Positions 17,560 to 25,439 of a stretch of 64,000 bases of DNA are shown here, piece after piece. The notes beneath the pieces are model-generated. The model made no database searches and was not told the DNA's origin. It worked only from the letters and a program-made list of their open reading frames with translations. Made by a program: the position numbers and the translations under genes. The first letter of the stretch is position 1; each line of letters starts with the position of its first letter. The DNA comes from Candidatus Pacearchaeota archaeon (GTDB lineage: Archaea; Nanobdellota; Nanobdellia; Pacearchaeales; GW2011-AR1): the NCBI GenBank assembly GCA_041649295.1, contig JBAZNI010000001.1, positions 11,456-75,455 on the forward strand, read 5' to 3'.

Positions 17560-17642
17560 AGTTTCGAGGGCGAACCTGAATGACTCCAATGTCAACTCCA
17601 ATTGGAGCGATTTTGATAACTCGAATAGCAACGGCAGAATGG
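17560..17642 (+). repeat. DGR template repeat (TR)
   Basis: Non-coding copy of VR, 22 nt upstream of the RT start codon. It is rich in AAC/AAT triplets in the VR reading frame. Confidence 0.8.
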
Positions 17643-17664
17643 CTTAACAATTGGTTAGTTTATA

Positions 17665-18717
17665 ATGAAAACTTATAAAAATCTTTACCCGCAAATTTAC
17701 AATCTATCTAATTTAATTCTTGCTTGGAGAGAAGCAAGAAAAGGCAAAACTAAAAAACCTTATGTAATAGAATTTGAAAAAGATACAATTGGAAACTTAT
17801 TAGCCTTGCAGGAAGAATTAAAAAATCAAACTTACTCTCCAAAGCCATTGGTAACTTTTATTTTGCGAGACCCAAAAACACGCAAAATCTCTAAAGCAGA
17901 TTTTAGAGACAGAATAGTCCATCATGCCATTGTAAGAATTTTAGAGCCAATTTTTGACAAAACTTTCATTTATGATTCTTGTGCAAATAGAAAAAGAAAA
18001 GGAAATCTATTTGCAATTAAAAGATTTAAGAAATTTTTAAAAAAGGTTTCAAGAAATGGAAAAACTAATGGTTGGTTTAATGAAAATCAGGTAAAAGGAT
18101 ATTGTTTCAAAGCAGACATAAAACATTATTTTGAGGAAGTTAATCATGGAATTCTTTTAGATATAATTCAAAAAAAGGTAAAAGACGAACAAACTATTTG
18201 GTTAATAGAGCAGATTATAAAAAATTATGATAATAAAGAAAAAGGAATGCCCTTGGGAAATTTAACATCACAATTTTTTGCAAATGTTTATCTTAATGAC
18301 TTAGATTATTTTGTTAAGCATAAGTTAAAAGCAAAGTATTATATTCGATATGTTGATGACTTTGTCTTGTTGAGCAGTTCTAAAGTTCAATTAAAATTAT
18401 GGATGGGAGATATCGAACATTTTTTAATAGATAAGTTAACCCTCGAATTACATAAACAAAAATCAAAGATTACCTCCCTATCAAGAGGAATAGACTTTGT
18501 TGGTTTTAGAAACTTTTATTATTATAGATTAGTCAGAACAAGAAATATTAGGAACATACGAAATAAAATTAATGATTATAAAAAGTTTAAAATTCCTTAT
18601 GTTAACATATTGGATAGTTTTCAAGGATGGCAGGCATATGCAATGTGGGCAGATGCTTATAGATTGAGAGAGAATCTTTTAAAACAAATAATTTTAAATA
18701 CTCCCCCATCTCCATAA
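17665..18717 (+). CDS. DGR-type reverse transcriptase
   Basis: 350 aa. RT motifs are PKPLVTFILRDPKTRKISKADFRDRIVHHAI, FKADIKHYF, MPLGNLTSQFFANVYLNDLD (the GxxxSQ hallmark of DGR RTs) and YIRYVDDF. There is no maturase or endonuclease tail. Confidence 0.88.
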   Translation: MKTYKNLYPQIYNLSNLILAWREARKGKTKKPYVIEFEKDTIGNLLALQEELKNQTYSPKPLVTFILRDPKTRKISKADFRDRIVHHAIVRILEPIFDKTFIYDSCANRKRKGNLFAIKRFKKFLKKVSRNGKTNGWFNENQVKGYCFKADIKHYFEEVNHGILLDIIQKKVKDEQTIWLIEQIIKNYDNKEKGMPLGNLTSQFFANVYLNDLDYFVKHKLKAKYYIRYVDDFVLLSSSKVQLKLWMGDIEHFLIDKLTLELHKQKSKITSLSRGIDFVGFRNFYYYRLVRTRNIRNIRNKINDYKKFKIPYVNILDSFQGWQAYAMWADAYRLRENLLKQIILNTPPSP

Positions 18718-18721
18718 ATCC

Positions 18722-18892
18722 ATGGAATGGAATGTTATAAACTTTTTTAGAAAATGCGCGAGAGTATGGGTGGTGCTTAGAAAACCTACAAGAGATGAAT
18801 GGTCTATGATTGCAAAAGTTTCTGCTGTTGGAATTTTGGTTATAGGGTTGCTGGGATTTGCAGTATCTCTTCTCTTAAGATTTGTAGCATAG
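18722..18892 (+). CDS. secE: preprotein translocase subunit SecE (Sec61gamma)
   Basis: Not on the ORF track (56 aa). Translation: MEWNVINFFRKCARVWVVLRKPTRDEWSMIAKVSAVGILVIGLLGFAVSLLLRFVA. It lies upstream of spt5-rpl11, the conserved archaeal order. Confidence 0.8.
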   Translation: MEWNVINFFRKCARVWVVLRKPTRDEWSMIAKVSAVGILVIGLLGFAVSLLLRFVA

Positions 18893-18967
18893 AGATTTTA
18901 AAAACCAAAACTTTAAAAACACCCATTTTCATTTATAATTATTCTTCTTTGACTTTATCTTTTTGAG

Positions 18968-19462
18968 GTGTTAAAGAAGATTAGAAACAAGATGATTTTC
19001 GTAATAAAAGTAACAACAAATAAAGAAGAAAAAGCAGTGGAGTTAATAGCAGAGCATGTTATGAGAAAAGAAATAGCAATTTATTCTATTGCAAAATTAA
19101 AGGGGCTTAGAGGGTATATAATCCTCGAAGCTGAAGATAGAGAATCTGCAGAAGATGCCTGTTTTAATCTTCCGTATGTAAAAGGAATTATCGGGAAGAC
19201 AATTTCATACGAGGAAATTAAAAATATGCTTGAGCCAAATATTGAGGCCGTGAATATAGAAAAAGATGATATTGTTGAAATTCTTACAGAACCATTTAAA
19301 AAAGAAAAAGCAAAAGTTTTAAGAATAGACAAACAGAAAGGAGATATAGTAGTAAGTTTACTAGGAGCTGTTGTTCAGATACCTGTAACAATCAAAATAG
19401 AAAATGTCAAAGTTATTAGAAGAAGCACAGATGAAGCAATGGAGGGTGAAGATGAGAAATAA
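18968..19462 (+). CDS. spt5: transcription elongation factor Spt5 (NusG)
   Basis: NGN domain (IFVIKVTTNKEEKAVELI...GYIILEAED) plus KOW (IVEILTEPFKKEKAKVLRID). An ATG alternative start is at 18992. Confidence 0.88.
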   Translation: MLKKIRNKMIFVIKVTTNKEEKAVELIAEHVMRKEIAIYSIAKLKGLRGYIILEAEDRESAEDACFNLPYVKGIIGKTISYEEIKNMLEPNIEAVNIEKDDIVEILTEPFKKEKAKVLRIDKQKGDIVVSLLGAVVQIPVTIKIENVKVIRRSTDEAMEGEDEK

Positions 19463-19503
19463 ATTAGATACTGAAAGTGTGAGAAATCCCCAGGAGGTTT
19501 TCA

Positions 19504-20232
19504 ATGATAATTAATCTTTTAGTAGAAGGTGGTGCTATGGCTCCAGGTCCTGCACTTGCACAGAAACTTGGTCCAATGGGGATAAATATGGGAAAGGTTA
19601 TTTCTGAAATTAACAAAGCAACTTCAGGATTCAAGGGAATAAAAGTCCCTGTTGATTTGAATGTAGACCCTGCAACAAAAGAATTTACAATAATAGTCAA
19701 ATCCCCCCCTGTTTCAGAATTAATAAAAAAAGAGATGAAGATAGAAAAAGGAAGCGGGGACCACAAAAATTTACAGGCAGGGAATATTGCAATTGAGCAG
19801 ATTATACTTATTGCAAAAACAAAACTTCCAGACATGTTAGAAAAAGATTTGAAAGCAGCAGTACGTTCTGTGATAGGAACATGCGTCAGTCTAGGTGTTC
19901 TTATTGAGAATAAACCTGCGAAAGAAATAGAGCAGGAAATTACTGACGGAAAATATGATAAAGAAATAAAATCTGAAAAATCAGAAGTTTCCCCTGAGAA
20001 AAAGAAAGAACTAGATTTATTCTTTGCAGCTCTTCGTAAAAAACAAGAAGCTAAGATTAAAGAAGCTGAAGAAGCTAAAGCAGCAGAAGCTAAGCCTGAA
20101 GAAGCTAAGCCTGAAGAAGCTAAAGCAGCAGAAGCTAAAACCCCTGCTAAAGCTGGTGCTAAAGCAGAACCTAAGAAAGCAGAAGCAAAGAAACCCGAAG
20201 CTAAAAAATCAGGGGATGCAAAGAAAAAATAA
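19504..20232 (+). CDS. rpl11: 50S ribosomal protein uL11 with a ~90-aa Lys/Ala/Glu-rich C-terminal extension
   Basis: The uL11 core (LVEGGAMAPGPALAQKLGPMGINMGKV...PPVSELIKKE...GTCVSLGV) is followed by KEAEEAKAAEAKPEEAKPEEAKAAEAK...KKPEAKKSGDAKKK. Confidence 0.9.
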   Translation: MIINLLVEGGAMAPGPALAQKLGPMGINMGKVISEINKATSGFKGIKVPVDLNVDPATKEFTIIVKSPPVSELIKKEMKIEKGSGDHKNLQAGNIAIEQIILIAKTKLPDMLEKDLKAAVRSVIGTCVSLGVLIENKPAKEIEQEITDGKYDKEIKSEKSEVSPEKKKELDLFFAALRKKQEAKIKEAEEAKAAEAKPEEAKPEEAKAAEAKTPAKAGAKAEPKKAEAKKPEAKKSGDAKKK

Positions 20233-20245
20233 TAGAGTTTTTGAT

Positions 20246-23200
20246 CTATCTCATTGGCCAATATCTGCAAGTTGAGAATACGCATTGAGATAATTGTTGT
20301 ATATCTAGTGCGTTAAACTGCTGGTCATTATTTGTATCTCCACAAGGGTATCCTATTATTGTTGCCTTACCTTCTATAAGTAATCCAATTATGCTTGCAT
20401 CTAATGCATCAACATACCCATCCTGATTTAAGTCTCCGACCCTTTTGTCAGTATGGCATTTGCAATCTGCTTCACAATTATTTTTTGTTTCTTCTCTCTG
20501 GCAAAATCCATTGTTGCATGTATCCGGAATTACTAATTTATCTATTTTAATGATTAATATTTTTCTAAAAAATATATCTCTTTCAATACCTATAAGTTTT
20601 ATATTAATCGGGGCGATATTTTGATTGATCTCTCTACATCCTTCTTTAGAGAGCCAAAAAGTTACGTTTTTATCATTGGTCGGGTTTTTTATATCAATCA
20701 GTGCTCTTTTACCTGCGATATTAATCTTTTTTCCTAAAATTTCATAATCCTTTCTATTAACATTTATAACTTTCTTTCTTCCTTCAATTAGTTTAATATT
20801 AAAAGGCAAACTATCATTTTCAGATAGGGCAATAGACTTAACAATAAATTTTTCATCAGGTACAGAGTATCCAACCCATTCCCCATTAGCAAACTGAATA
20901 TCTCCCAACCCATCATTATCAATATCCTTTATGACAAATTCTGCAATATATGAAGGAAAAGAACTGCCAGAAGCAATATTATCATATTGAGGTATAGCTA
21001 TAATTCTTGGCATTTCATTTACCGGTATTTCTCCAATTTTGATAAAATCATTATCATAAATATAGACCCCCAATTTTATATCTGGATAGGTTATTCCATA
21101 TATATTTAAAAAATCTTGCGACATTGAGAAAGGAACCCCTTTATCAAATTCTTGGATAATAAATCCTGTTTTTTGGTCGGGCAGTATTTTATTAGAATAT
21201 CCCCATAGATAAGAGTTATTTAAAATTGCAAGTTCAGTACCATCACTTTCATTAAGAGAATGAATTGTCCAATCTCCAGATAATATTAAAGCTTTGTTTT
21301 TACATACACTCCATTCAGGATAGTAATCTGGGCAATCAAGTACTGCTCTGCACCCAGGTTCTCCCCTGCGAGTATAAAGTTTATACTGTTCTATTAAACA
21401 CGCATTAAAATTCTCTTCTCTTAATAAAAATCTACTGAATATAATTGCATCAGTATTATTTAATTTTATCCTTGAGTCACTAAATCTATGTATTTGCCCA
21501 TTTGTAAAATTCCCTATCCGTTCAACAGGAGGGTTATTTTCATATAACCTGTTTATTTCTTGAAATTTAGTGTTTTCATAGGAGAAAAATTTAGCCCATT
21601 TAACTCTTCTAGAACTTAAGTTATCATCAGACTCAATAACTCCCACATAATAAACAGCATTTCCCTCCCCCCCGACAGGAGAGCCCGCAACAAAAACATC
21701 TCTTATTTTACCGCTGTCCGTTTTATAGATAGAGTGTGTCCCATAATTCCTTCCAGAAGAAGAATCGCTGTTTGTATTGTCGGAAATTTTTTCAATATCA
21801 TATTCTAACTTGTTTAATACTTTCCCATCAAATCCAGAAATAATAATCTGCTTTCTGTGATAAATTAAATTAATATCTTCCCAACCATCATTATTAAAAT
21901 CATATAAATACGTCCCAATTTCTTTGAATCCATAAGGGGTTAATGTACCATCGTCTCTTAACCCCTGAGTGAGATTTATCTCCATAAAATTGGGACCACA
22001 TCTTCCATTATTTTTAGTCCCGGGTTTAAATAAGCAAATATATCCCCATAATACTTTCCCAAACACCCCATTACCTAATGCAGTAGTTGAATCTCCGTCA
22101 CTTGCAGGAACTAAAAACGGATATTCTTTATTATTTGGTCCACTTAGATACCCAATATGCCCCCATCTTGAAGCGCCTTCTTCTATAATTGGTCCGTATG
22201 TTTTTGCAACTACCTTTTTTGAAGAAATATCAATAATTGCAACTGCATTTTTTCTTGAGCTTAAATTATTATATTCACAATATTCCACTGCAATTTCAGA
22301 ATTACTATCCCCAAAAAAATTACCTATAGCTTCAATATTTCTCCCAATAGATTTATCAGAACATACTTTCCCAGAAGTTTCACTTATAATAATTTCAGAA
22401 GCAATTTGCCCATTATCTATTATTAAGCACAATTTATTTAAATCATTCGTACAGTAGTCAATTAAAAACAGAGAATTGGAGAAGGAGGTGTTAACAAATT
22501 TGTCTGTTTTTTTACATAATTTATCATTTGATTCACAGATAAAAGAATAAGAATATAAATTATTTACAGAAAAAAATTCTTTTGAATAAGTATCATAAAA
22601 ATTAAACCAAAAAATACCATGACTATTATCTATGTTTGTTTCTATGCAATTGCCTTCAAAAATATCGCATATCTGTGAGTTATCATAATTTATGAAGGTA
22701 GATTCTACACTTGCAAGATTTATTCTGTTGAAATCGGTGTTTGCTTTAAATATAAACCCCCCAAAAATGGTTTTTGCATCAAATTCAATTGTATAATCTG
22801 TATTCTTTTCACAATTAATTTTTGAACTAAGAACTAATGGGAAGTAGTTGGATTTCTCTGTTAATATTCTTACCCCATCAGAATAAGGTTTATCAAGTAT
22901 AGCCTGGGTTGGGTGGCTATCAGAAATTCCCGGTCCAACATAATAATCTAAAAGCGGATAGGAATAACTATGATAAAACCATCTTTGAATATTATACCAG
23001 TTATAATCTTCGATAACAATTTCATTGTTAATTACACTTTTTTTTATATTATCAAATTCTGGAATACTTAAAACAGGAGTCCCATCTTTTGTTTTTAAAT
23101 TTTTTAGAGTAAAATAAGAAATACCTGGATTTTCATATGGATAATTATTATAAACAGAAATCGCAATTTTTTCATTATCCCCACTATTAAATTTTAATTC

Positions 23201-23344
23201 ATAATGTTTCCATTCATTGTCTATTTCAGAGGTGCTGACCGTTTTTCCACTTATTTTTGTTTCATAAATTATTAACAAAATAGCAAAGAATATAACGATG
23301 GTAAGAATAAATAAAATAATAATTTCTCTCCTCTTTTTATTCAT
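20246..23344 (-). CDS. large membrane-anchored surface protein with FG-GAP/VCBS-like repeats and a C-terminal dockerin-like module
   Basis: 1032 aa with an N-terminal TM anchor. It has GNFFGDSNSEIAV, DFNNDGWEDI and DIDNDGLGDI calcium-loop-like repeats. The C-terminal GDLNQDGYVDALDASII ... GDTNNDQQFNALDIQQL forms a duplicated dockerin-type EF-hand pair. Confidence 0.7.
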   Translation of the reverse strand: MNKKRREIIILFILTIVIFFAILLIIYETKISGKTVSTSEIDNEWKHYELKFNSGDNEKIAISVYNNYPYENPGISYFTLKNLKTKDGTPVLSIPEFDNIKKSVINNEIVIEDYNWYNIQRWFYHSYSYPLLDYYVGPGISDSHPTQAILDKPYSDGVRILTEKSNYFPLVLSSKINCEKNTDYTIEFDAKTIFGGFIFKANTDFNRINLASVESTFINYDNSQICDIFEGNCIETNIDNSHGIFWFNFYDTYSKEFFSVNNLYSYSFICESNDKLCKKTDKFVNTSFSNSLFLIDYCTNDLNKLCLIIDNGQIASEIIISETSGKVCSDKSIGRNIEAIGNFFGDSNSEIAVEYCEYNNLSSRKNAVAIIDISSKKVVAKTYGPIIEEGASRWGHIGYLSGPNNKEYPFLVPASDGDSTTALGNGVFGKVLWGYICLFKPGTKNNGRCGPNFMEINLTQGLRDDGTLTPYGFKEIGTYLYDFNNDGWEDINLIYHRKQIIISGFDGKVLNKLEYDIEKISDNTNSDSSSGRNYGTHSIYKTDSGKIRDVFVAGSPVGGEGNAVYYVGVIESDDNLSSRRVKWAKFFSYENTKFQEINRLYENNPPVERIGNFTNGQIHRFSDSRIKLNNTDAIIFSRFLLREENFNACLIEQYKLYTRRGEPGCRAVLDCPDYYPEWSVCKNKALILSGDWTIHSLNESDGTELAILNNSYLWGYSNKILPDQKTGFIIQEFDKGVPFSMSQDFLNIYGITYPDIKLGVYIYDNDFIKIGEIPVNEMPRIIAIPQYDNIASGSSFPSYIAEFVIKDIDNDGLGDIQFANGEWVGYSVPDEKFIVKSIALSENDSLPFNIKLIEGRKKVINVNRKDYEILGKKINIAGKRALIDIKNPTNDKNVTFWLSKEGCREINQNIAPINIKLIGIERDIFFRKILIIKIDKLVIPDTCNNGFCQREETKNNCEADCKCHTDKRVGDLNQDGYVDALDASIIGLLIEGKATIIGYPCGDTNNDQQFNALDIQQLSQCVFSTCRYWPMR

Positions 23345-23428
23345 ATAAAAAATAATAGACTATTACTTATAAACTTTGCTTATTATAACTATTTTAATAA
23401 ACATTCATACAATAACTTTTGCGCTATA

Positions 23429-23436
23429 TTTATAAA
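23429..23436 (+). promoter_or_regulatory. TATA-box-like element for tRNA-Pro
   Basis: tttataaa ends 24 nt upstream of the first tRNA nucleotide. Confidence 0.4.
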
Positions 23437-23460
23437 CACCCTCCCCCCTAATATTTTTAA

Positions 23461-23533
23461 GGGGATGTGGGCCAGTTTGGTATGCTTTCAGGTTTGGGAC
23501 CTGACGACCCCGGTTCAAATCCGGGCATCCCCA
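23461..23533 (+). tRNA. tRNA-Pro (anticodon UGG)
   Basis: Folded by hand. Acceptor GGGGATG/CATCCCC with discriminator A; anticodon stem TCAGG/CCTGA with loop TTTGGGA; T arm CCCGG-TTCAAAT-CCGGG. No intron and no encoded CCA. Confidence 0.9.
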
Positions 23534-23613
23534 TAGAAGAGGATAATTCGGATTTTCAAATAGTTAGTTTCGTAAGAAAATAACTTGCCAAAATTATGAA
23601 GTAATTTTTAGCA

Positions 23614-23624
23614 CCGGGCATCCC
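23614..23624 (+). repeat. 11-nt duplicate of the tRNA-Pro 3' region (ccgggcatccc)
   Basis: Identical to 23521-23531 (T-stem 3' strand plus acceptor), 93 nt downstream of the original. Confidence 0.4.
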
Positions 23625-23678
23625 TATTGTATCTTAGAGAATATAAAATAATTTAAACCTACTTTTAATCTTGTTTTT

Positions 23679-24074
23679 ATGGGAAAACCAATTCAGGTAA
23701 GTGAAGAATTTAGACAAGCAGTTATTACCTCAAGCACAAGTGATGTTGAATGTGGATTTTGTGGCAGGATGCATTTTTATGGATGTGAAGATGGAGAATT
23801 TGATTGGGATGAGGGTGAACTTGAAACCCTGTTAGCCAAAAGTAAAAAGTCCCCTGATAGATTTATATGCCATGAATATCCTGTTGAATGGGGTTTTTTA
23901 GACGGGAAGAAATATGTGCCTGATTGCCCCTGTAATTCTGGTTCAAAATATGAACAATTGTTTCTTAATGAGCGTTTTCTTATTGGGAGATTTTTATTAG
24001 CTCGTGCAGAAAAAATAAGAAGAGAATCAGCACAAGAATCAGCTTTAGCCGGTTCCATTTTAGAAATAAAATAG
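23679..24074 (+). CDS. hypothetical Cys-containing protein (131 aa)
   Basis: Clean ORF between tRNA-Pro and rpl37ae with CGFCGR...C...C..CPC motifs. I recognise no family. Confidence 0.45.
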   Translation: MGKPIQVSEEFRQAVITSSTSDVECGFCGRMHFYGCEDGEFDWDEGELETLLAKSKKSPDRFICHEYPVEWGFLDGKKYVPDCPCNSGSKYEQLFLNERFLIGRFLLARAEKIRRESAQESALAGSILEIK

Positions 24075-24163
24075 AATAATTTAAAAACACTCTTTTTTTG
24101 ATATAATTATTAAATTTTCTCTAAAAGGAAAATGTGTTAGAGAAAATTGCAGGTTGTCTTCAA

Positions 24164-24379
24164 ATGGCAAGAACAAAAAAAGTAAAAGCATCAGGAAAAC
24201 ACAAAGTTGGATACGGAACTAATGTTCGTAGAAAGTTAGTGGCTGCTGAAACAAAACAAAGAAGAAAACAAATTTGCCCTTTTTGTAAAAAACCAACTGC
24301 TAAAAGAAAAGCAACAGGCATCTGGTATTGTAAAAAATGCGGAAAAACATTTGCAGGCGGAGCTTATTACCTAGAATAG
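24164..24379 (+). CDS. rpl37ae: 50S ribosomal protein eL43 (L37Ae)
   Basis: MARTKKVKASGKHKVGYG...CPFCKK...WYCKKCGKTFAGGAY zinc ribbon. The track ORF starts earlier, at 24134. Confidence 0.9.
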   Translation: MARTKKVKASGKHKVGYGTNVRRKLVAAETKQRRKQICPFCKKPTAKRKATGIWYCKKCGKTFAGGAYYLE

Positions 24380-24422
24380 TAAACTAATTAAATACAAATT
24401 AATAAAACAATATATAATCAAA

Positions 24423-24560
24423 ATGGCAGAATATAAATGTTTCAAATGTGGAAAAGCAATTTCTTCTAAAAAGCTTGATAAAAGATTCACATGCCCTTAT
24501 TGTAATTCAAAAATATTTTACAAACCAAGAAAAGCAGTTGTAAAAATAAAAGCAGAATAA
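24423..24560 (+). CDS. rpoP: DNA-directed RNA polymerase subunit P (Rpo12/RpoP)
   Basis: Not on the ORF track (45 aa). Translation: MAEYKCFKCGKAISSKKLDKRFTCPYCNSKIFYKPRKAVVKIKAE, a C4 zinc ribbon in the conserved L37Ae-RpoP-prefoldin neighbourhood. Confidence 0.8.
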   Translation: MAEYKCFKCGKAISSKKLDKRFTCPYCNSKIFYKPRKAVVKIKAE

Positions 24561-24561
24561 A

Positions 24562-24897
24562 ATGGCACCAAATATCGATGAGGAAACAGGGAGAAAAATA
24601 CAGGAGCTTCAAATTTTAGAGCAGAACTATCAGGCTTTGCTTATGCAAAAACAGGCATTTCAGCTTGAGTCAAATGAATTAAAAAATGCACTTGAAGAAG
24701 TTGAAAAATCAAAAGGAGATGCTTTCAAAGTTATTGGGCAGGTAATGGTAAAAACAGATAAAAAAGTTCTGAAAAAGGATATCTCTGAAAAACAGGAACT
24801 TTTAACATTAAGATTAAAATCAATTAACAAGCAGGAAACTTCTTTAAGAGAAGATATTGAAAGAATCCGAAGCGATGTTGTCAGCAGAATTCAGTAA
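24562..24897 (+). CDS. pfdB: prefoldin subunit beta
   Basis: 111 aa; two coiled-coil arms flanking the hairpin region AFKVIGQVMVKTDK. Confidence 0.85.
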   Translation: MAPNIDEETGRKIQELQILEQNYQALLMQKQAFQLESNELKNALEEVEKSKGDAFKVIGQVMVKTDKKVLKKDISEKQELLTLRLKSINKQETSLREDIERIRSDVVSRIQ

Positions 24898-25002
24898 TAT
24901 TTTTTTAAATTGTCGAATATATTCTGCAAGTTGGCTGTAAAAATATTGTTTCTTTATAAGGATAAAACAGAGTTAAACACAACATTTTCAAATACAGAAA
25001 TA

Positions 25003-25010
25003 TTTATAAA
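25003..25010 (+). promoter_or_regulatory. TATA-box-like element for sepF
   Basis: tttataaa ends 21 nt upstream of the ATG at 25032. Confidence 0.45.
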
Positions 25011-25031
25011 GCAGGCTAAATTATTTCTTTT

Positions 25032-25439
25032 ATGGTATTTGATTCATTAAAAAAACTGGTGGGAGCAGATTCAGCTCCTGAAGAATATTTAGAGCTTGAC
25101 CCTGATCACGGAGAAAAAAAATTAAAAATAAGTGTCCGCCCATTTGTATTAAAAAAGTTTGAAGATGTTAATGAGATCTTAAATTCATTAAGAGAAGGAT
25201 ATACTATTGCAGTTATTGATATTGCAACACTGAGAAAAAAGGATGTTATTGAATTAAAGAGGGCAATTGCTAAGATTAAGAAAACTACAGAAGCACTTGA
25301 GGGGAATATTACTGGATTTGGGGAAAATATTGTAATTGCAACTCCTCAATTTGCAGAAATCAGCACATTAAGGATGTCTGCTACAAACGAACAGCAGCCA
25401 GGTTCTCAACAACAAGGCGGAAAATTCGAAACTTATTAG
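25032..25439 (+). CDS. sepF: cell division protein SepF (FtsZ membrane anchor, DUF552)
   Basis: 135 aa. It has an N-terminal amphipathic MVFDSLKKLV and a core VRPFVLKKFEDVNEILNSLREGYTIAVIDIATL...LEGNITGFGENIVIATP typical of SepF. Confidence 0.8.
   Translation: MVFDSLKKLVGADSAPEEYLELDPDHGEKKLKISVRPFVLKKFEDVNEILNSLREGYTIAVIDIATLRKKDVIELKRAIAKIKKTTEALEGNITGFGENIVIATPQFAEISTLRMSATNEQQPGSQQQGGKFETY

Larger units (their letters stand above)
16590..18717 (+). mobile_element. diversity-generating retroelement (target gene with VR - TR - reverse transcriptase)
   Basis: VR/TR pair with adenine-biased mismatches, a DGR-type RT and a GC hairpin after VR (see component features). Confidence 0.85.

Noticed and set aside
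17665-18717. The RT as a group II intron maturase or retron RT
   Set aside because: The motif is GxxxSQ rather than the group II type. There is no X/maturase or endonuclease domain and I saw no domain V-like intron RNA. An A-biased TR/VR pair is present, which fits a DGR.
19464-20285. 273-aa minus-strand ORF antisense to rpl11
   Set aside because: It is the Ala/Ser-rich mirror image of the Lys/Ala/Glu repeat tail, and it overlaps a clearly recognisable uL11 gene.
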